From an uncultured Thermodesulfobacteriota bacterium (GTDB lineage: Bacteria > Desulfobacterota > GWC2-55-46 > JADFVP01), in NCBI GenBank assembly GCA_964474975.1, contig CAYYUX010000002.1:6958-70957 (forward strand): a stretch of 64,000 nucleotides of DNA, written 5' to 3'. This document shows, piece by piece, positions 41,447-52,014 of this stretch; within the stretch, counting starts at the first letter, position 1, and every line of letters begins with the position of its first letter. The translations under genes were made by a program, and so were the position numbers. A model generated the notes under the pieces. It did no database searches. It saw only the letters and a list, made by a program, of their open reading frames with translations, and was not told where the DNA came from.

Positions 41447-41476
41447 CCAATACCCTCTCTATTACAAAAAAATTTT

Positions 41477-42013
41477 CTATTCCTCAAAACCCCCGCAGAC
41501 CGCATCACCATACGCAGAGCGCTTACGCTCCACAGTAATCTTCCTCTGCCTCTCGCTTATATAGGCAAAGCTCACCACAAGGGCGCACCTCTCAAGAAAA
41601 CCCGGAAACTTATCGGCCCATTCTATTACAGAGATACCCTCGGAGTAAATATATTCTTCAAGACCGGCCTCAAAAAAATCGTCTTCGCCGCGAAGCCTGT
41701 AGAGGTCAATATGATAGATAGGTGTTTTTTTTCCCTCACCGCTCAACCTTCCGCCGCTCTCAGCCCCCTCGTCCCTTCCGCCAGACTTGCCCGCTTCGTA
41801 GATATTCATGAGATTAAACGAAGGGCTCTTTACATGACAGATTAGCCCGAGCCCCCTTGCGAGTCCGCGGACAAAACATGTCTTGCCGCCGCCAAGCTCT
41901 CCGACAAGGCCGATGATATCACCAGATTTCAGCCCCTCGGCAAGACCTTCGCCAAGACGCTCCGTCTCCTCGGGAGAGTTAGTAACAAATGTCTTCTTAG
42001 CCCCTCTTTCCAC
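41477..42013 (-). CDS. tsaE: tRNA t6A37 biosynthesis ATPase TsaE (YjeE), with a Gly/Ser-rich insertion
   Basis: P-loop LVGELGGGKT. Confidence 0.7.
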   Translation of the reverse strand: MERGAKKTFVTNSPEETERLGEGLAEGLKSGDIIGLVGELGGGKTCFVRGLARGLGLICHVKSPSFNLMNIYEAGKSGGRDEGAESGGRLSGEGKKTPIYHIDLYRLRGEDDFFEAGLEEYIYSEGISVIEWADKFPGFLERCALVVSFAYISERQRKITVERKRSAYGDAVCGGFEE

Positions 42014-42020
42014 GGCCCGA

Positions 42021-43586
42021 TTAAGCGCCCGTGAGGGAGTTGAGGATCAGGGGTATCTCAGAAAGAAGCTCTGTTGAGATCAGCCCCCTGCTTCCGCCGA
42101 GCCTATCGCCGATGACGTCGCCGCATAGGCCGTGAACGTAAACGGCGGCAATCGCTGAATGAAGACCGCTAAGGCCCTGGCCCATGAGGCCCCCTATCAT
42201 ACCGGCAAGGACGTCTCCCGTGCCTGCAGAGGCAAGCGCGGGCCCACCCGTATTATTTATATATATCTCTCCACATGGAGAGGCGACAAGGGTATTGGCC
42301 CCCTTGAGGACAACGACAGCGCCTGTTTTTTTAGCAATTTCAGTGGCCGAACCAATACGGTCGGCCTGTATATCCACTGCGCCAAGGCCAAGGAGCCTCC
42401 CTGCCTCGCCGGGGTGAGGGGTAAGGACAATATCTACAGCGCTCGCCTCTGCGATGGAATCAAGAGAACCTGCCATGTTATTAAGGGCATCTGCGTCCAT
42501 GACCATAGGCAAAGCTGAATCCTTTAAGATTTTTTTCAGAATGGCCTTAATCTCCCCTGACTCGCCAAGGCCCGGCCCCGCGACAAAGACGGACTTACCC
42601 TTTAGAAGTTTTTTTATCTCCCCGAAGGCCCCTTTTCCAAGGGTTCCTTTTTCTGTCTCCGGCAGAGGCCATGTCATTACCTCTGTGGTCTTGGCCTCCA
42701 TAATTTTATTAAGGCCTGCGGGAAGCCCCATGGTGACAAGACCTGCCCCTGACTTCATGGCCGCCATGGCCGCCATATAGGGCGCGCCTGACTTTCCCGT
42801 AGAGCCGCCGAGTAGAGCCACGTGACCGCAGGCCCCCTTGTGCGAAGCACGCGGCCTCGGAGTTAGCAGTGAACTTACAAAACCCTCTCTTATGAGATTA
42901 CACCCAAGGGCCTCGTCATGAAGTATTGATATGGGCATGCCGATATCGGCAACCTCTACCTCTCCTGTAAATCCAGCGCCGGGAGGAAGGAAAAAGCCAA
43001 GTTTAGGCAGGGCCATGGTGACGGTAAGGTCGGCCCGTACAACGTGGCCTTCTACGGCACCTGTCGAGGCGTTTAGCCCCGAGGGCACGTCTATGGAAAT
43101 CACCCTTGCCTTCATGGTATTTATCAACTCAATGGCCTCGCCGTAAAGGCCGCGCGCGCCGCCGGTGATACCCGTGCCGAGGAGGGCGTCAACTATGATA
43201 CCCGCGTGCCTCAAAGGAGAGACGGCTTTTTTAATATCATCTCCGCTGAAAATGCCCTTAATCCCGCCGCCCATCTTCTGCCAGCAACGCATATTTACAC
43301 GGCTGTCGCCTTTATACTCACTGAGCCTCGCGAGGCAATAGAGGCGCACCTCGACTCCGGCGTTAAGAAGATGACGGGCAACGACAAATCCATCGCCGCC
43401 GTTATTGCCCTTGCCGCAGATAATGGCCACGCGCCCTGGCCCGCAGTTCATATCGGCAAGCTCATCCAGGACGGCCTCGGCAACGGCCCGCCCTGCGTTC
43501 TCCATGAGCTGAAGACCCTTCATTGCATAATCCGCTACGGCACGTCCGTCCATGGCCCGCATAGCGGCCGCGTCTACAACTTTCAT
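42021..43586 (-). CDS. nnr: bifunctional NAD(P)H-hydrate repair enzyme (epimerase plus ADP-dependent dehydratase)
   Basis: 521 aa YjeF-N plus YjeF-C fusion. Confidence 0.85.
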   Translation of the reverse strand: MKVVDAAAMRAMDGRAVADYAMKGLQLMENAGRAVAEAVLDELADMNCGPGRVAIICGKGNNGGDGFVVARHLLNAGVEVRLYCLARLSEYKGDSRVNMRCWQKMGGGIKGIFSGDDIKKAVSPLRHAGIIVDALLGTGITGGARGLYGEAIELINTMKARVISIDVPSGLNASTGAVEGHVVRADLTVTMALPKLGFFLPPGAGFTGEVEVADIGMPISILHDEALGCNLIREGFVSSLLTPRPRASHKGACGHVALLGGSTGKSGAPYMAAMAAMKSGAGLVTMGLPAGLNKIMEAKTTEVMTWPLPETEKGTLGKGAFGEIKKLLKGKSVFVAGPGLGESGEIKAILKKILKDSALPMVMDADALNNMAGSLDSIAEASAVDIVLTPHPGEAGRLLGLGAVDIQADRIGSATEIAKKTGAVVVLKGANTLVASPCGEIYINNTGGPALASAGTGDVLAGMIGGLMGQGLSGLHSAIAAVYVHGLCGDVIGDRLGGSRGLISTELLSEIPLILNSLTGA

Positions 43587-43936
43587 TATTCGCTCTCCAA
43601 TAATACAAGGGCCATGGACGTCTCAGCTGTATGAGAGATAGTCAGACTCACCTTCAAGGCCTTTAGTCCGCAGGAACAAACCCTAATGGAGGGCCTGCCC
43701 TTCTTATCCCTTACAACTTCAATATCCCTGCAGGGCATGAATCCGCCGAAGGCCTTTAAAAAACCAATCTTTGCGGCAAAACGGGCTGAGAGATGAATTT
43801 CAGGATAACGTCTGGCAAGGCAATACTGCAACTCGCCCTCTGTAAAGAGCCTCCTCAAAAAAGAGGCCCCCCATCTATTCATGGCCCTCTTGAAACGGGC
43901 CACCTCCACTATTTCTATGCCAAGACCCTCTATCAC
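43586..43936 (-). CDS. acpS: holo-[acyl-carrier-protein] synthase
   Basis: 116 aa. N-terminus MIEGLGIEIVEVARF is typical of AcpS. Confidence 0.85.
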   Translation of the reverse strand: MIEGLGIEIVEVARFKRAMNRWGASFLRRLFTEGELQYCLARRYPEIHLSARFAAKIGFLKAFGGFMPCRDIEVVRDKKGRPSIRVCSCGLKALKVSLTISHTAETSMALVLLESE

Positions 43937-44066
43937 TAAATATAGCCAATTTGTCTAATTTTAGCCTGTTTTAGCCTAAAAATACCTTTTTTGAAGCAAA
44001 AACGTCATTTTAACCCTATTGAAAAATAACGTTGTTTACCCCGTAAAGCTACGCATAGAGACCACC

Positions 44067-44792
44067 CTATATGCCCGGAGAGACAAGGGCCTTCATCTGC
44101 CTTACGGCATCAGTGATGCCCGTGTATATGCTCCGCGCGATGATGCTAAAGCCAATGGCGAACTCATCTACGCCGCCAAGGGCCGCAACGGCCTGCACAT
44201 TATAATAATCAAGGCCGTGGCCAGCGTGTCTCTTCATGCCAAGCTTTCCCGCGAGAGCGATAGCGTCGGCTATCCTCTTAAGCTCCGCACCGGCGGCCGC
44301 GGCGCCCAGGGCATTGGCGTAGCTCCCCGTGTGTATCTCCACGCCTGCCGCGCCTATCCTGTGGCTGTCACGTATGCTCTCAGGGTCGGGATTTATAAAG
44401 AGATTAACAGGGATGCCCGCATCCTGAAGCGTTGCGACAAAACCCTTAAGATGGTCTTTATTCGACTTGAGATCAAGTCCTCCCTCTGTGGTAAGCTCCT
44501 GTCTGTTTTCCGGCACCAGGGTAACCATATCCGGTTTTATCTCAAGGGCGATTTTCTCCATCTCATCTGTTGCCGCCATCTCAAGGTTAAGCTCTGTCTT
44601 CAAGGTCTTTCTGACAATGGTGAGGTCCCTGTCCTGAATATGACGCCTGTCCTCGCGCAGATGCATGGTAATGCCGTCGGCGCCTGCAAGCTCGGCCATT
44701 AGGGCCGCAGTCACAGGGTCGGGAGACTTATCGAGACGGGCCTGCCTGACGGTCGCAACGTGGTCTACATTAACGGATAGTCTTGACATCAA
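44067..44792 (-). CDS. pdxJ: pyridoxine 5'-phosphate synthase
   Basis: 241 aa. Contains [15 protein letters not shown]. Confidence 0.9.
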   Translation of the reverse strand: MMSRLSVNVDHVATVRQARLDKSPDPVTAALMAELAGADGITMHLREDRRHIQDRDLTIVRKTLKTELNLEMAATDEMEKIALEIKPDMVTLVPENRQELTTEGGLDLKSNKDHLKGFVATLQDAGIPVNLFINPDPESIRDSHRIGAAGVEIHTGSYANALGAAAAGAELKRIADAIALAGKLGMKRHAGHGLDYYNVQAVAALGGVDEFAIGFSIIARSIYTGITDAVRQMKALVSPGI

Positions 44793-46147
44793 TGCTCCCC
44801 CAATTCTTTAATAAGTATGTCTGCAAGCTCTTCGGACATAGCCTTTATCTCTACCTCGTCCTCACCCTCTATGGTAATCCTCGCAAGGGCCTCTGTGCCC
44901 GAATATCGGATAAATGCCCTGCCGCCGCCCTTTAATTTATCCTCAACGGCTTTCAACGCCGCCTGCAGACCGGGAATATCATCGAGATTTCTCTTCTCCC
45001 GCACCTTCACGTTACGAAGCACCTGGGGAAATGACTTCATGCACCGGGCGAGTTCCGATAGCGGCCTGCCTTCCTTGACCATGGCCTTCACGACCTGCAG
45101 GGCAGTTATAATACCGTCTCCCGTGGTGGTATGGTCAAGAAAAATAATATGGCCCGACTGCTCGCCGCCGAGGTTATAACCGCCCTTAACCATCTCCTCG
45201 ACAACGTACCTGTCGCCAACGCCTGTCCTCACCACTCTGGCCCCGGCAGAGAGCATTGCCTCGTCAAGGCCTGAATTGCTCATAATAGTTGCCACAAGGG
45301 TATCTCTTCGCAAGTTGCCTTCCCTGAGCCTCGCAAGGGCGAGCATGGCCATGATATGGTCGCCGTCAATAACCGCTCCGACCTCGTCCACCATGATACA
45401 GCGGTCTCCATCGCCGTCAAGGGCTATGCCTATGTTGGCGCCCGTCTCCCTGACTACGCGTGAGACATTATCGGTACACATGGAGCCGCAGTCGTCGTTT
45501 ATATTCTCGCCGTCGGGCTTTACACCGATAGGGATGATATCCGCTCCAAGCTCTGAAAATATCGTAGGGGCCACCTTGTAGGTAGCTCCGTTGGCGCAGT
45601 CCACGACTATCTTTATGCCATCAAGGGTAAGCTCGTCGGGAAAGGCATTTTTGGCAAAAACTATGTACCTGCCTATGGCGTCACTCACACGGTAGGCCTT
45701 GCCAAGGGCGCTCGCCGTGGGCCTGTGGCTGGGATCATGGTCATCAAGGATAAAACTCTCTATATCAAGCTCGACCTTATCGGGAAGTTTGAAACCATTT
45801 CGGGAAAAAAACTTTATGCCGTTATCCTGGTAGGGGTTATGGGAGGCCGATATGACAACACCGGCGTCGGCGCGCATGCTTGTAGTAATAAAGGCGATAC
45901 CGGGCGTGGGAAGGGGGCCGACGATGAGGGCGTCTACGCCCATGGAGCAGATACCGGCCACCATGGCGCTCTCAAGCATATAACCTGAGAGCCTCGTATC
46001 TTTTCCTACGACTATCTTATGGCGCCGATTCTCACCCTTGAAGACATAGGCTATGGCGCGCCCAAGCTGTAAGGCCATCTCCGCCGTCATGGGCTCAATA
46101 TTCGCCACTCCCCTTACGCCGTCTGTTCCAAAGAGTCTTTTTTTCAT
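44789..46147 (-). CDS. glmM: phosphoglucosamine mutase
   Basis: Begins FGTDGVRG and carries the phosphoserine loop SASHNP. Confidence 0.9.
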   Translation of the reverse strand: MKKRLFGTDGVRGVANIEPMTAEMALQLGRAIAYVFKGENRRHKIVVGKDTRLSGYMLESAMVAGICSMGVDALIVGPLPTPGIAFITTSMRADAGVVISASHNPYQDNGIKFFSRNGFKLPDKVELDIESFILDDHDPSHRPTASALGKAYRVSDAIGRYIVFAKNAFPDELTLDGIKIVVDCANGATYKVAPTIFSELGADIIPIGVKPDGENINDDCGSMCTDNVSRVVRETGANIGIALDGDGDRCIMVDEVGAVIDGDHIMAMLALARLREGNLRRDTLVATIMSNSGLDEAMLSAGARVVRTGVGDRYVVEEMVKGGYNLGGEQSGHIIFLDHTTTGDGIITALQVVKAMVKEGRPLSELARCMKSFPQVLRNVKVREKRNLDDIPGLQAALKAVEDKLKGGGRAFIRYSGTEALARITIEGEDEVEIKAMSEELADILIKELGEH

Positions 46148-46189
46148 ATCTTATCCATCTACCTTTCTATTATAAATATATTGGTTTTA

Positions 46190-46876
46190 TCAGCGCTTTT
46201 TCTTCCTCGGAGTCTTTTTGGGCCCTTTCTTTACAGTCTTTTCTATAGTGACGGAAACCCTTATCGTATCAGGGGTTACGGAGCGCAGTTCTTTTCTGCC
46301 AAGATCGAGACCCACCTTGAAAACCTTTGATTCCCGAAGACCCCTTACATCAATGGGCTTTGTAACAAAATGCCTTATATTGAGTATATTTTTCTTAAGC
46401 CCTGCCGCCTCTACTGACTGCGGGGTTATGGAAACATCTGTGACCTTGTAACCCCTCGGAGGCACACCTCTCAGCCTCGCCTTTACAATAACTATCCTTC
46501 GAATTATCTTCGCGAGACGTACCCTTACAGAGTTAGGTTTTACACCTGTTACGGTAACCCCCGTAGGCACGGCTATATGGTCAGCCTCAATACGGTATTT
46601 GTTAAGCCCCTCGCCTGCCCCGGAGAGATCAAGTCCTACAGTAATCTTAGAGGGCGTAAGGTTATTTATTACGAGCTTCGGCCCCCTAACCCTCACGGCT
46701 ATCTCACCCGTGGGGGCCGATGTCATAACCATATCTTCAGGTATGTTTGAAAAGCCCAGCGGCACAAAAAAGCCGACCTCAACGGTACTCTGTCCCGCCA
46801 CAAAGAACCAGAGTCCCGTGGCCAGAACAAGGGAGATGACTTTTAGTCCGAGATTATGCGTAAGCCAGCCTTTCAT
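46190..46876 (-). CDS. cdaR: YbbR-like domain protein (CdaR, regulator of diadenylate cyclase)
   Basis: 228 aa. N-terminal transmembrane segment plus YbbR repeats. Positioned between cdaA and glmM. Confidence 0.7.
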   Translation of the reverse strand: MKGWLTHNLGLKVISLVLATGLWFFVAGQSTVEVGFFVPLGFSNIPEDMVMTSAPTGEIAVRVRGPKLVINNLTPSKITVGLDLSGAGEGLNKYRIEADHIAVPTGVTVTGVKPNSVRVRLAKIIRRIVIVKARLRGVPPRGYKVTDVSITPQSVEAAGLKKNILNIRHFVTKPIDVRGLRESKVFKVGLDLGRKELRSVTPDTIRVSVTIEKTVKKGPKKTPRKKKR

Positions 46877-47679
46877 GTCCTCATCTTCCAGGGTAATATC
46901 ATATTAAGTCTGGTCTTAAGGTCCCCCGATGACTCAGGAAGTATCGCCGTAAGGGACTCCACCAGTTCTTCTGATTTCAAACTCATATTCAGCCTTGAAT
47001 CTACGGCTACGGCAATCTCGCCTGTCTGCTCCGATACAACGAGGGCAAGGGCATCCGTCTCCTCGGCTATGCCGAGGGCCGCCCTGTGACGGGTGCCGAC
47101 GGAGCGTGTTATCTCGCTCTTGCTCAGCGGCAGGATGCCTCCGGCCTTGAAGATCCTCGAGCCCTTTATAATAACGGCCCCGTCGTGCATGGGAGACTTT
47201 GTATTGAAGATGGATATAAGGAGTTCTTTTTTTACGGCGGAATCAAGCTCTATACCGCCGCCCACTATTTCCACCAGGTTCACAGAGCGCTCAAAGACAA
47301 TAAGGCATCCCGTCCTCTTGCCGGACATGGCGATAACAGCGTCCACTACCTCGTCTATAAGGCTTCCGGCGGTTTTTTTCATCTCTCGGGCGATAAATGG
47401 ACGCCCCATCTGCGTCAGGGCTCTTCTTATGTCCTGCTGAAAGACTACGATGATAAAGATGATAATAGAGCCCAGAAAGTTACTCAGTATCCAGTGCAGG
47501 GTAACGAGCTCGGCGCGCAGAGATACGAAGTAGGCTATAATGACCACACCGAGGCCCCATAGCATCCTCTCCGCCCTCGTGCGCCGCACTATAAGGATAA
47601 GCCAGTATATGAAGACAGCGACGATGAGTATGTCCAACGCGGAGATAAATGTCTTAAAATTTTCTATAGAGAGATACAT
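46873..47679 (-). CDS. cdaA: diadenylate cyclase CdaA (DisA_N domain)
   Basis: Three N-terminal transmembrane segments. DAC-domain motifs DGA and RHRAA. Confidence 0.85.
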   Translation of the reverse strand: MYLSIENFKTFISALDILIVAVFIYWLILIVRRTRAERMLWGLGVVIIAYFVSLRAELVTLHWILSNFLGSIIIFIIVVFQQDIRRALTQMGRPFIAREMKKTAGSLIDEVVDAVIAMSGKRTGCLIVFERSVNLVEIVGGGIELDSAVKKELLISIFNTKSPMHDGAVIIKGSRIFKAGGILPLSKSEITRSVGTRHRAALGIAEETDALALVVSEQTGEIAVAVDSRLNMSLKSEELVESLTAILPESSGDLKTRLNMILPWKMRT

Positions 47680-47790
47680 CTTCAGTACTAACGCTCCGGG
47701 CTTTTAATGAAAAACACCATATCGAGCAGTATTACAGGATAAATAAGGCATTAAGGCGCAATACAGACAAATCCATAACAAGACTCTCTT

Positions 47791-48678
47791 TCAGCGGCAA
47801 ATAGGGGAGTCCGCCCGCGGCCCTCTTATGGCCTCGGCGAGAATCAGGGCCTGCCTTGTTTCTTTCACATCATGGACCCTGAGTATGTCCACACCCTTCA
47901 TGGCGGCTATAACAGCTACGCCTAAAGAGCCCGGCAAGCGGTCCGCCGCGGCATCACGGGTCAGGGCTCCGATAAAGCTCTTGCGGGAGGCACCGAGAAG
48001 GACGGGCCTGCCGAGCTTTTTAAAGACCTCAATGTTTCGTATCAGCTCTGCATTGCCCTCTGCTGACTTTCCAAAACCAATGCCCGGGTCAAGGACAATC
48101 TTCTCTCTATCTACGCCTTCACTAATGGCATAAGCAAGACGATCTTCAAGATAGGCGTATACCTCGCCCACTATATCGTCATACCCCGTATTCAACTGCA
48201 TGGTCCCCGGTGCGCCTCTCATGTGCATAAGCACGCAAAAGGCCTTGTGACGGGCGCAGACAGAGGCCATGGACGGGTCAAGAGAAAAGGCGCTTATATC
48301 ATTGATTATACGGGCTCCCTCCCCGAGAGCCCTATCGGCGATATCTGCCTTCGTAGTATCAACGGAGACGGTCATGCCCAGAGACGCAAGGGCCTTTACA
48401 GTGGGGATTATTCTATCTGATTCTTCTTGAATGGTTACGGGACTTGAGCCGGGCCGGGTGCTTTCGCCGCCGACGTCAATCCAGTCGGCTCCATCGTCAA
48501 GCATCTCAAGAGCCCTGTCCATGGCCACCGAAGGTTCCATGAACCGGCCCCCGTCGTAGAATGAATCAGGGGTGATATTGAGGATGCCCATGATAATAGT
48601 CCTGCTCCCTGCAGGGCTAAAGACGCCATCATCACCATGTATCAGGCCGTTGTTACAAGACATATATGCACCGGCCAC
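47791..48678 (-). CDS. folP: dihydropteroate synthase
   Basis: Contains GILNITPDSFYDGG. Apparent GTG start. Confidence 0.9.
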   Translation of the reverse strand: MAGAYMSCNNGLIHGDDGVFSPAGSRTIIMGILNITPDSFYDGGRFMEPSVAMDRALEMLDDGADWIDVGGESTRPGSSPVTIQEESDRIIPTVKALASLGMTVSVDTTKADIADRALGEGARIINDISAFSLDPSMASVCARHKAFCVLMHMRGAPGTMQLNTGYDDIVGEVYAYLEDRLAYAISEGVDREKIVLDPGIGFGKSAEGNAELIRNIEVFKKLGRPVLLGASRKSFIGALTRDAAADRLPGSLGVAVIAAMKGVDILRVHDVKETRQALILAEAIRGPRADSPICR

Positions 48679-48929
48679 GTAACAAGGGCAACAAACTCCG
48701 CAAAGTATCCTCTCCTGCCTCCACGTCCGGCAATTGCCTCATGCAACTCTCTTGTGTAACGGAAATGTAATTGAAGGTCATTGTAGACAGGTTGAATATA
48801 ACCCTCTCAACGGACTACGTGAGAAGACATTATGAAATCATCTGCATAAAGAGGATACCCGGAGAGGGACCCTCCTTGTAAATAAGCCTATAAAAAAACT
48901 TTTTCCGGCGCTTACCGGCAAGAGCCGAT

Positions 48930-49095
48930 CGTCCCTTACGGCCATTACTCCCTTAAGCCCCCCCTGCCCTTTTAGCCTTAGCCCCACCTGCCGCACCACC
49001 CTATTTAGCCCCTTAGACCCGCCCTTATCCCCTCCGCACATCATAGCCCCTTAGTCCCCTTTTACTTTCCCCCTTCACTTGGCCCCTTATCAGGC
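48930..49095. repeat. degenerate short-repeat array (units like AGCCCCTTAG / CCCTTAG / TTAGCC). It is C-rich on the plus strand and G-rich on the ftsH-folP transcript strand
   Basis: Read from the sequence. At least eight units in about 165 bp of the ftsH-folP spacer. Confidence 0.7.
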
Positions 49096-49097
49096 CC

Positions 49098-51032
49098 TTA
49101 GTCTACGGCGAAGCCCAGTCTGCCGGGCGTATCGCCGTGTTTCTTTTTCTTATCACGGGGCTTCTCAGAACCGTCTTTCTTTGTCTTCACTCCATCGGAG
49201 CTATGCTCATTCTCATTGGTTTCCCTGCGCATCGGCTTTTCACTTACCTCTCCAAAGACAATCTCGTCCAACTCGGTCTTATCAAGAGTCTCACGCTCAA
49301 GGAGCGCAGTGGCAAGAGAGTTAAGAGTATCTGAGTTAGTGGTAAGTATCTCCTTGGCACGCTCGTAATTGGCATTTATGATTTTTTTCACCTCACCGTC
49401 GACGATATCGGCCATACCATCGCCAAAATCACGGGACTGAGATATCTCTTTGCCAAGAAAGACATGTTCTTCTTTTTTACCAAGGGTAATGGGACCTATC
49501 TCTGCGCTCATGCCCCACTCGCAAACCATCTTTCTGGCTATCTCTGTTGCGCGCTCAATGTCATTGCCCGCGCCCGTGGTCTGGTGATCAAGGACGAGCT
49601 CCTCGGCGGCGCGACCGCCCATGAGAACGGCTATTTTATTAACAAGATAATCCTTGCTGTAGGTGTGCCTCTCGTCTACGGGGAGCTGTTGCGTAAGCCC
49701 AAGGGCCATGCCCCTTGGTATTATGGATACCTTGTGTATGGGGTCCGTGCCGGGGATAAGCATGGCCACAAGGGTATGGCCGGCCTCATGAAAGGCCGTA
49801 TTTTTTTTCTCTTCATCGCTGATGATCATGCTCCTGCGCTCACTGCCCATGAGGAGCTTATCCTTGGCGTCGTCGAACTCAGTCATCTCAAGGATGTCCT
49901 TGCCGCGCCGCGCCGCAAGCAACGCCGCCTCGTTAACGAGGTTGGCAAGGTCCGCCCCGGAGAAGCCAGGCGTGCCTCTTGCAATTACTCCAAGGGCAAC
50001 ATCATCGGCAAGGGGCGTCTTTACGGAGTGAACTTTAAGTATCTTTTCCCTGCCGTTAAGGTCGGGTTTCGGCACGAGGACGTTACGGTCGAACCTTCCG
50101 GGACGAAGAAGGGCCGGATCGAGGACATCGGGACGGTTTGTAGCCGCGATGATAATTACGCCCTCATTGCTCTCGAAGCCGTCCATCTCTACAAGGAGCT
50201 GATTAAGGGTCTGCTCACGCTCATCATGACCGCCGCCGAGCCCGGCGCCGCGGTGTCTTCCAACTGCGTCAATCTCGTCTATGAAGATAAGACAGGGCGC
50301 GTTTTTCTTGCCCTGCACAAAGAGGTCTCTTACCCTTGAGGCGCCGACTCCAACGAACATCTCCACAAAGTCGCTACCTGATATGGAATAGAAGGGAACT
50401 CCCGCCTCTCCGGCTATGGCCCTTGCGAGGAGGGTCTTACCCGTTCCAGGGGAGCCGACAAGAAGCACGCCCTTTGGTATTCTGCCGCCGAGGCGGGTGA
50501 ATTTTTTCGGGTCCCTCAGAAAGTCTATTATCTCCTCAACCTCCTGTTTTGCCTCTTCAATGCCGGCCACGTCCTTGAAGGTAACCTTGTGCTGATCTTC
50601 CATGAGGAGCTTGGCCCGTGATTTTCCAAAACTCATGGCCTTGCCTCCGCCGGACTGCATCTGACGCATGAAGAATATCCATACACCTATGAGCAGGACC
50701 ATGGGAAACCACGATACGAAGATAGTACCCCATGACGGGGTGTCGACAACGGGCTCGGCAGTTATCCTCACGTTGTTGGCCCGCAATTTATCCACAAGCT
50801 CCGGATAGGAGGGCGAGTAAGACTTGAATGTCTTGCCGTCAACAAGCTTGCCTTTAATGTCGCTACCCTGTATGGTCACTTCCATGACACGGCCTGTCTC
50901 AACGTCCTTGATAAAATCGCTGAAACTTACTGTGTCGAGGGGCGCTTTTTTGTAATTCATAAAATTGAAGACAAGCACCACAGTGGCAATTATAATAAGC
51001 CATAAGGCTATATTTTTATATAAACGGTTCAT
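49098..51032 (-). CDS. ftsH: ATP-dependent zinc metalloprotease FtsH
   Basis: 644 aa. AAA+ Walker motifs and the HEAGH zinc site. Confidence 0.95.
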   Translation of the reverse strand: MNRLYKNIALWLIIIATVVLVFNFMNYKKAPLDTVSFSDFIKDVETGRVMEVTIQGSDIKGKLVDGKTFKSYSPSYPELVDKLRANNVRITAEPVVDTPSWGTIFVSWFPMVLLIGVWIFFMRQMQSGGGKAMSFGKSRAKLLMEDQHKVTFKDVAGIEEAKQEVEEIIDFLRDPKKFTRLGGRIPKGVLLVGSPGTGKTLLARAIAGEAGVPFYSISGSDFVEMFVGVGASRVRDLFVQGKKNAPCLIFIDEIDAVGRHRGAGLGGGHDEREQTLNQLLVEMDGFESNEGVIIIAATNRPDVLDPALLRPGRFDRNVLVPKPDLNGREKILKVHSVKTPLADDVALGVIARGTPGFSGADLANLVNEAALLAARRGKDILEMTEFDDAKDKLLMGSERRSMIISDEEKKNTAFHEAGHTLVAMLIPGTDPIHKVSIIPRGMALGLTQQLPVDERHTYSKDYLVNKIAVLMGGRAAEELVLDHQTTGAGNDIERATEIARKMVCEWGMSAEIGPITLGKKEEHVFLGKEISQSRDFGDGMADIVDGEVKKIINANYERAKEILTTNSDTLNSLATALLERETLDKTELDEIVFGEVSEKPMRRETNENEHSSDGVKTKKDGSEKPRDKKKKHGDTPGRLGFAVD

Positions 51033-51178
51033 CGTATATTCCTTTGCGTGATAGAAGCCATGAGGTTTAGGGACAGTTGCCTATTGTAATATTAAATTAT
51101 TTCACATATCGTGCTTTTTTACAATAAAAAATTTATTGTCCGGGAGGACTTACGCCCTGTGTTCAGGAAGAGGCCTGC

Positions 51179-52012
51179 TTAAAAATTCCTGTCAATAAAG
51201 GCGGCCCTGGCGATAGACGCACTGAATAGAAATATAGCGGCGGTAAAGAACATCCAGAGAAGCAGTATCATTATGGTGCCAAGGGAGCCGTATAAGCGGT
51301 TATAAGTAGGGAAATATCTGAGATAGAGGGCGAAACCCTGCTTCGCCATCTCCCATATAAAAGAGAAGATAATACTGCCGTAGAAGGCGTAGCGGGTGTT
51401 AAGATCGGGACCTGAGAATATCTTGAAGACAATAGTGACGGCGAATACGACGAGGACAAAGGGGAAGATATATTTCAACGTAATGCCGTTTATGAGGTAT
51501 CCGGCGGCGCTCTGGCCGATGACGTTCAATATCATGTCCTCGATGAGACCCATTCCCGCTGTTACAAGTATGGAGATAAATACAGCGAAGATGGCAAGGA
51601 GGATGACAAAGATATTTGTTATCCTCTTTCTGAAAAAGCCGTACCTCCCCCCTATCTCGAATATGGCCGAGAGGGCGTCGGCTATGGCGTTAAGGACAAG
51701 CTCCGAGGAGAATATTAGCGCCACGATGCTGAACCACCGGAAGGTCCTGCCATGCTCCACAATGCCTCTCAGCTGTAAGATGACGCTGTCGCTGATATAC
51801 GGCAGGGTTATTCGCGCCGTCTTTATGACCTCGTTGAGCATCTCTCCCTTTCTGCCCATGATAAGGCCAAGGGCAAAGGTAATGAGAAACATCATGGGGA
51901 TAAGAGAAAAAAAGGCATAGAAGGAGATGGCCGCGGCGCGCTGGATACAGCTTTTTTCCGAAAAGATGGATACGCCGTCGCGAAGGACTATAAAGACCTT
52001 CCTGTGCGCCAT
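51179..52012 (-). CDS. YihY/BrkB-family inner-membrane protein
   Basis: 277 aa with six transmembrane helices and YihY family motifs. Confidence 0.75.
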   Translation of the reverse strand: MAHRKVFIVLRDGVSIFSEKSCIQRAAAISFYAFFSLIPMMFLITFALGLIMGRKGEMLNEVIKTARITLPYISDSVILQLRGIVEHGRTFRWFSIVALIFSSELVLNAIADALSAIFEIGGRYGFFRKRITNIFVILLAIFAVFISILVTAGMGLIEDMILNVIGQSAAGYLINGITLKYIFPFVLVVFAVTIVFKIFSGPDLNTRYAFYGSIIFSFIWEMAKQGFALYLRYFPTYNRLYGSLGTIMILLLWMFFTAAIFLFSASIARAAFIDRNF

Positions 52013-52014
52013 GG

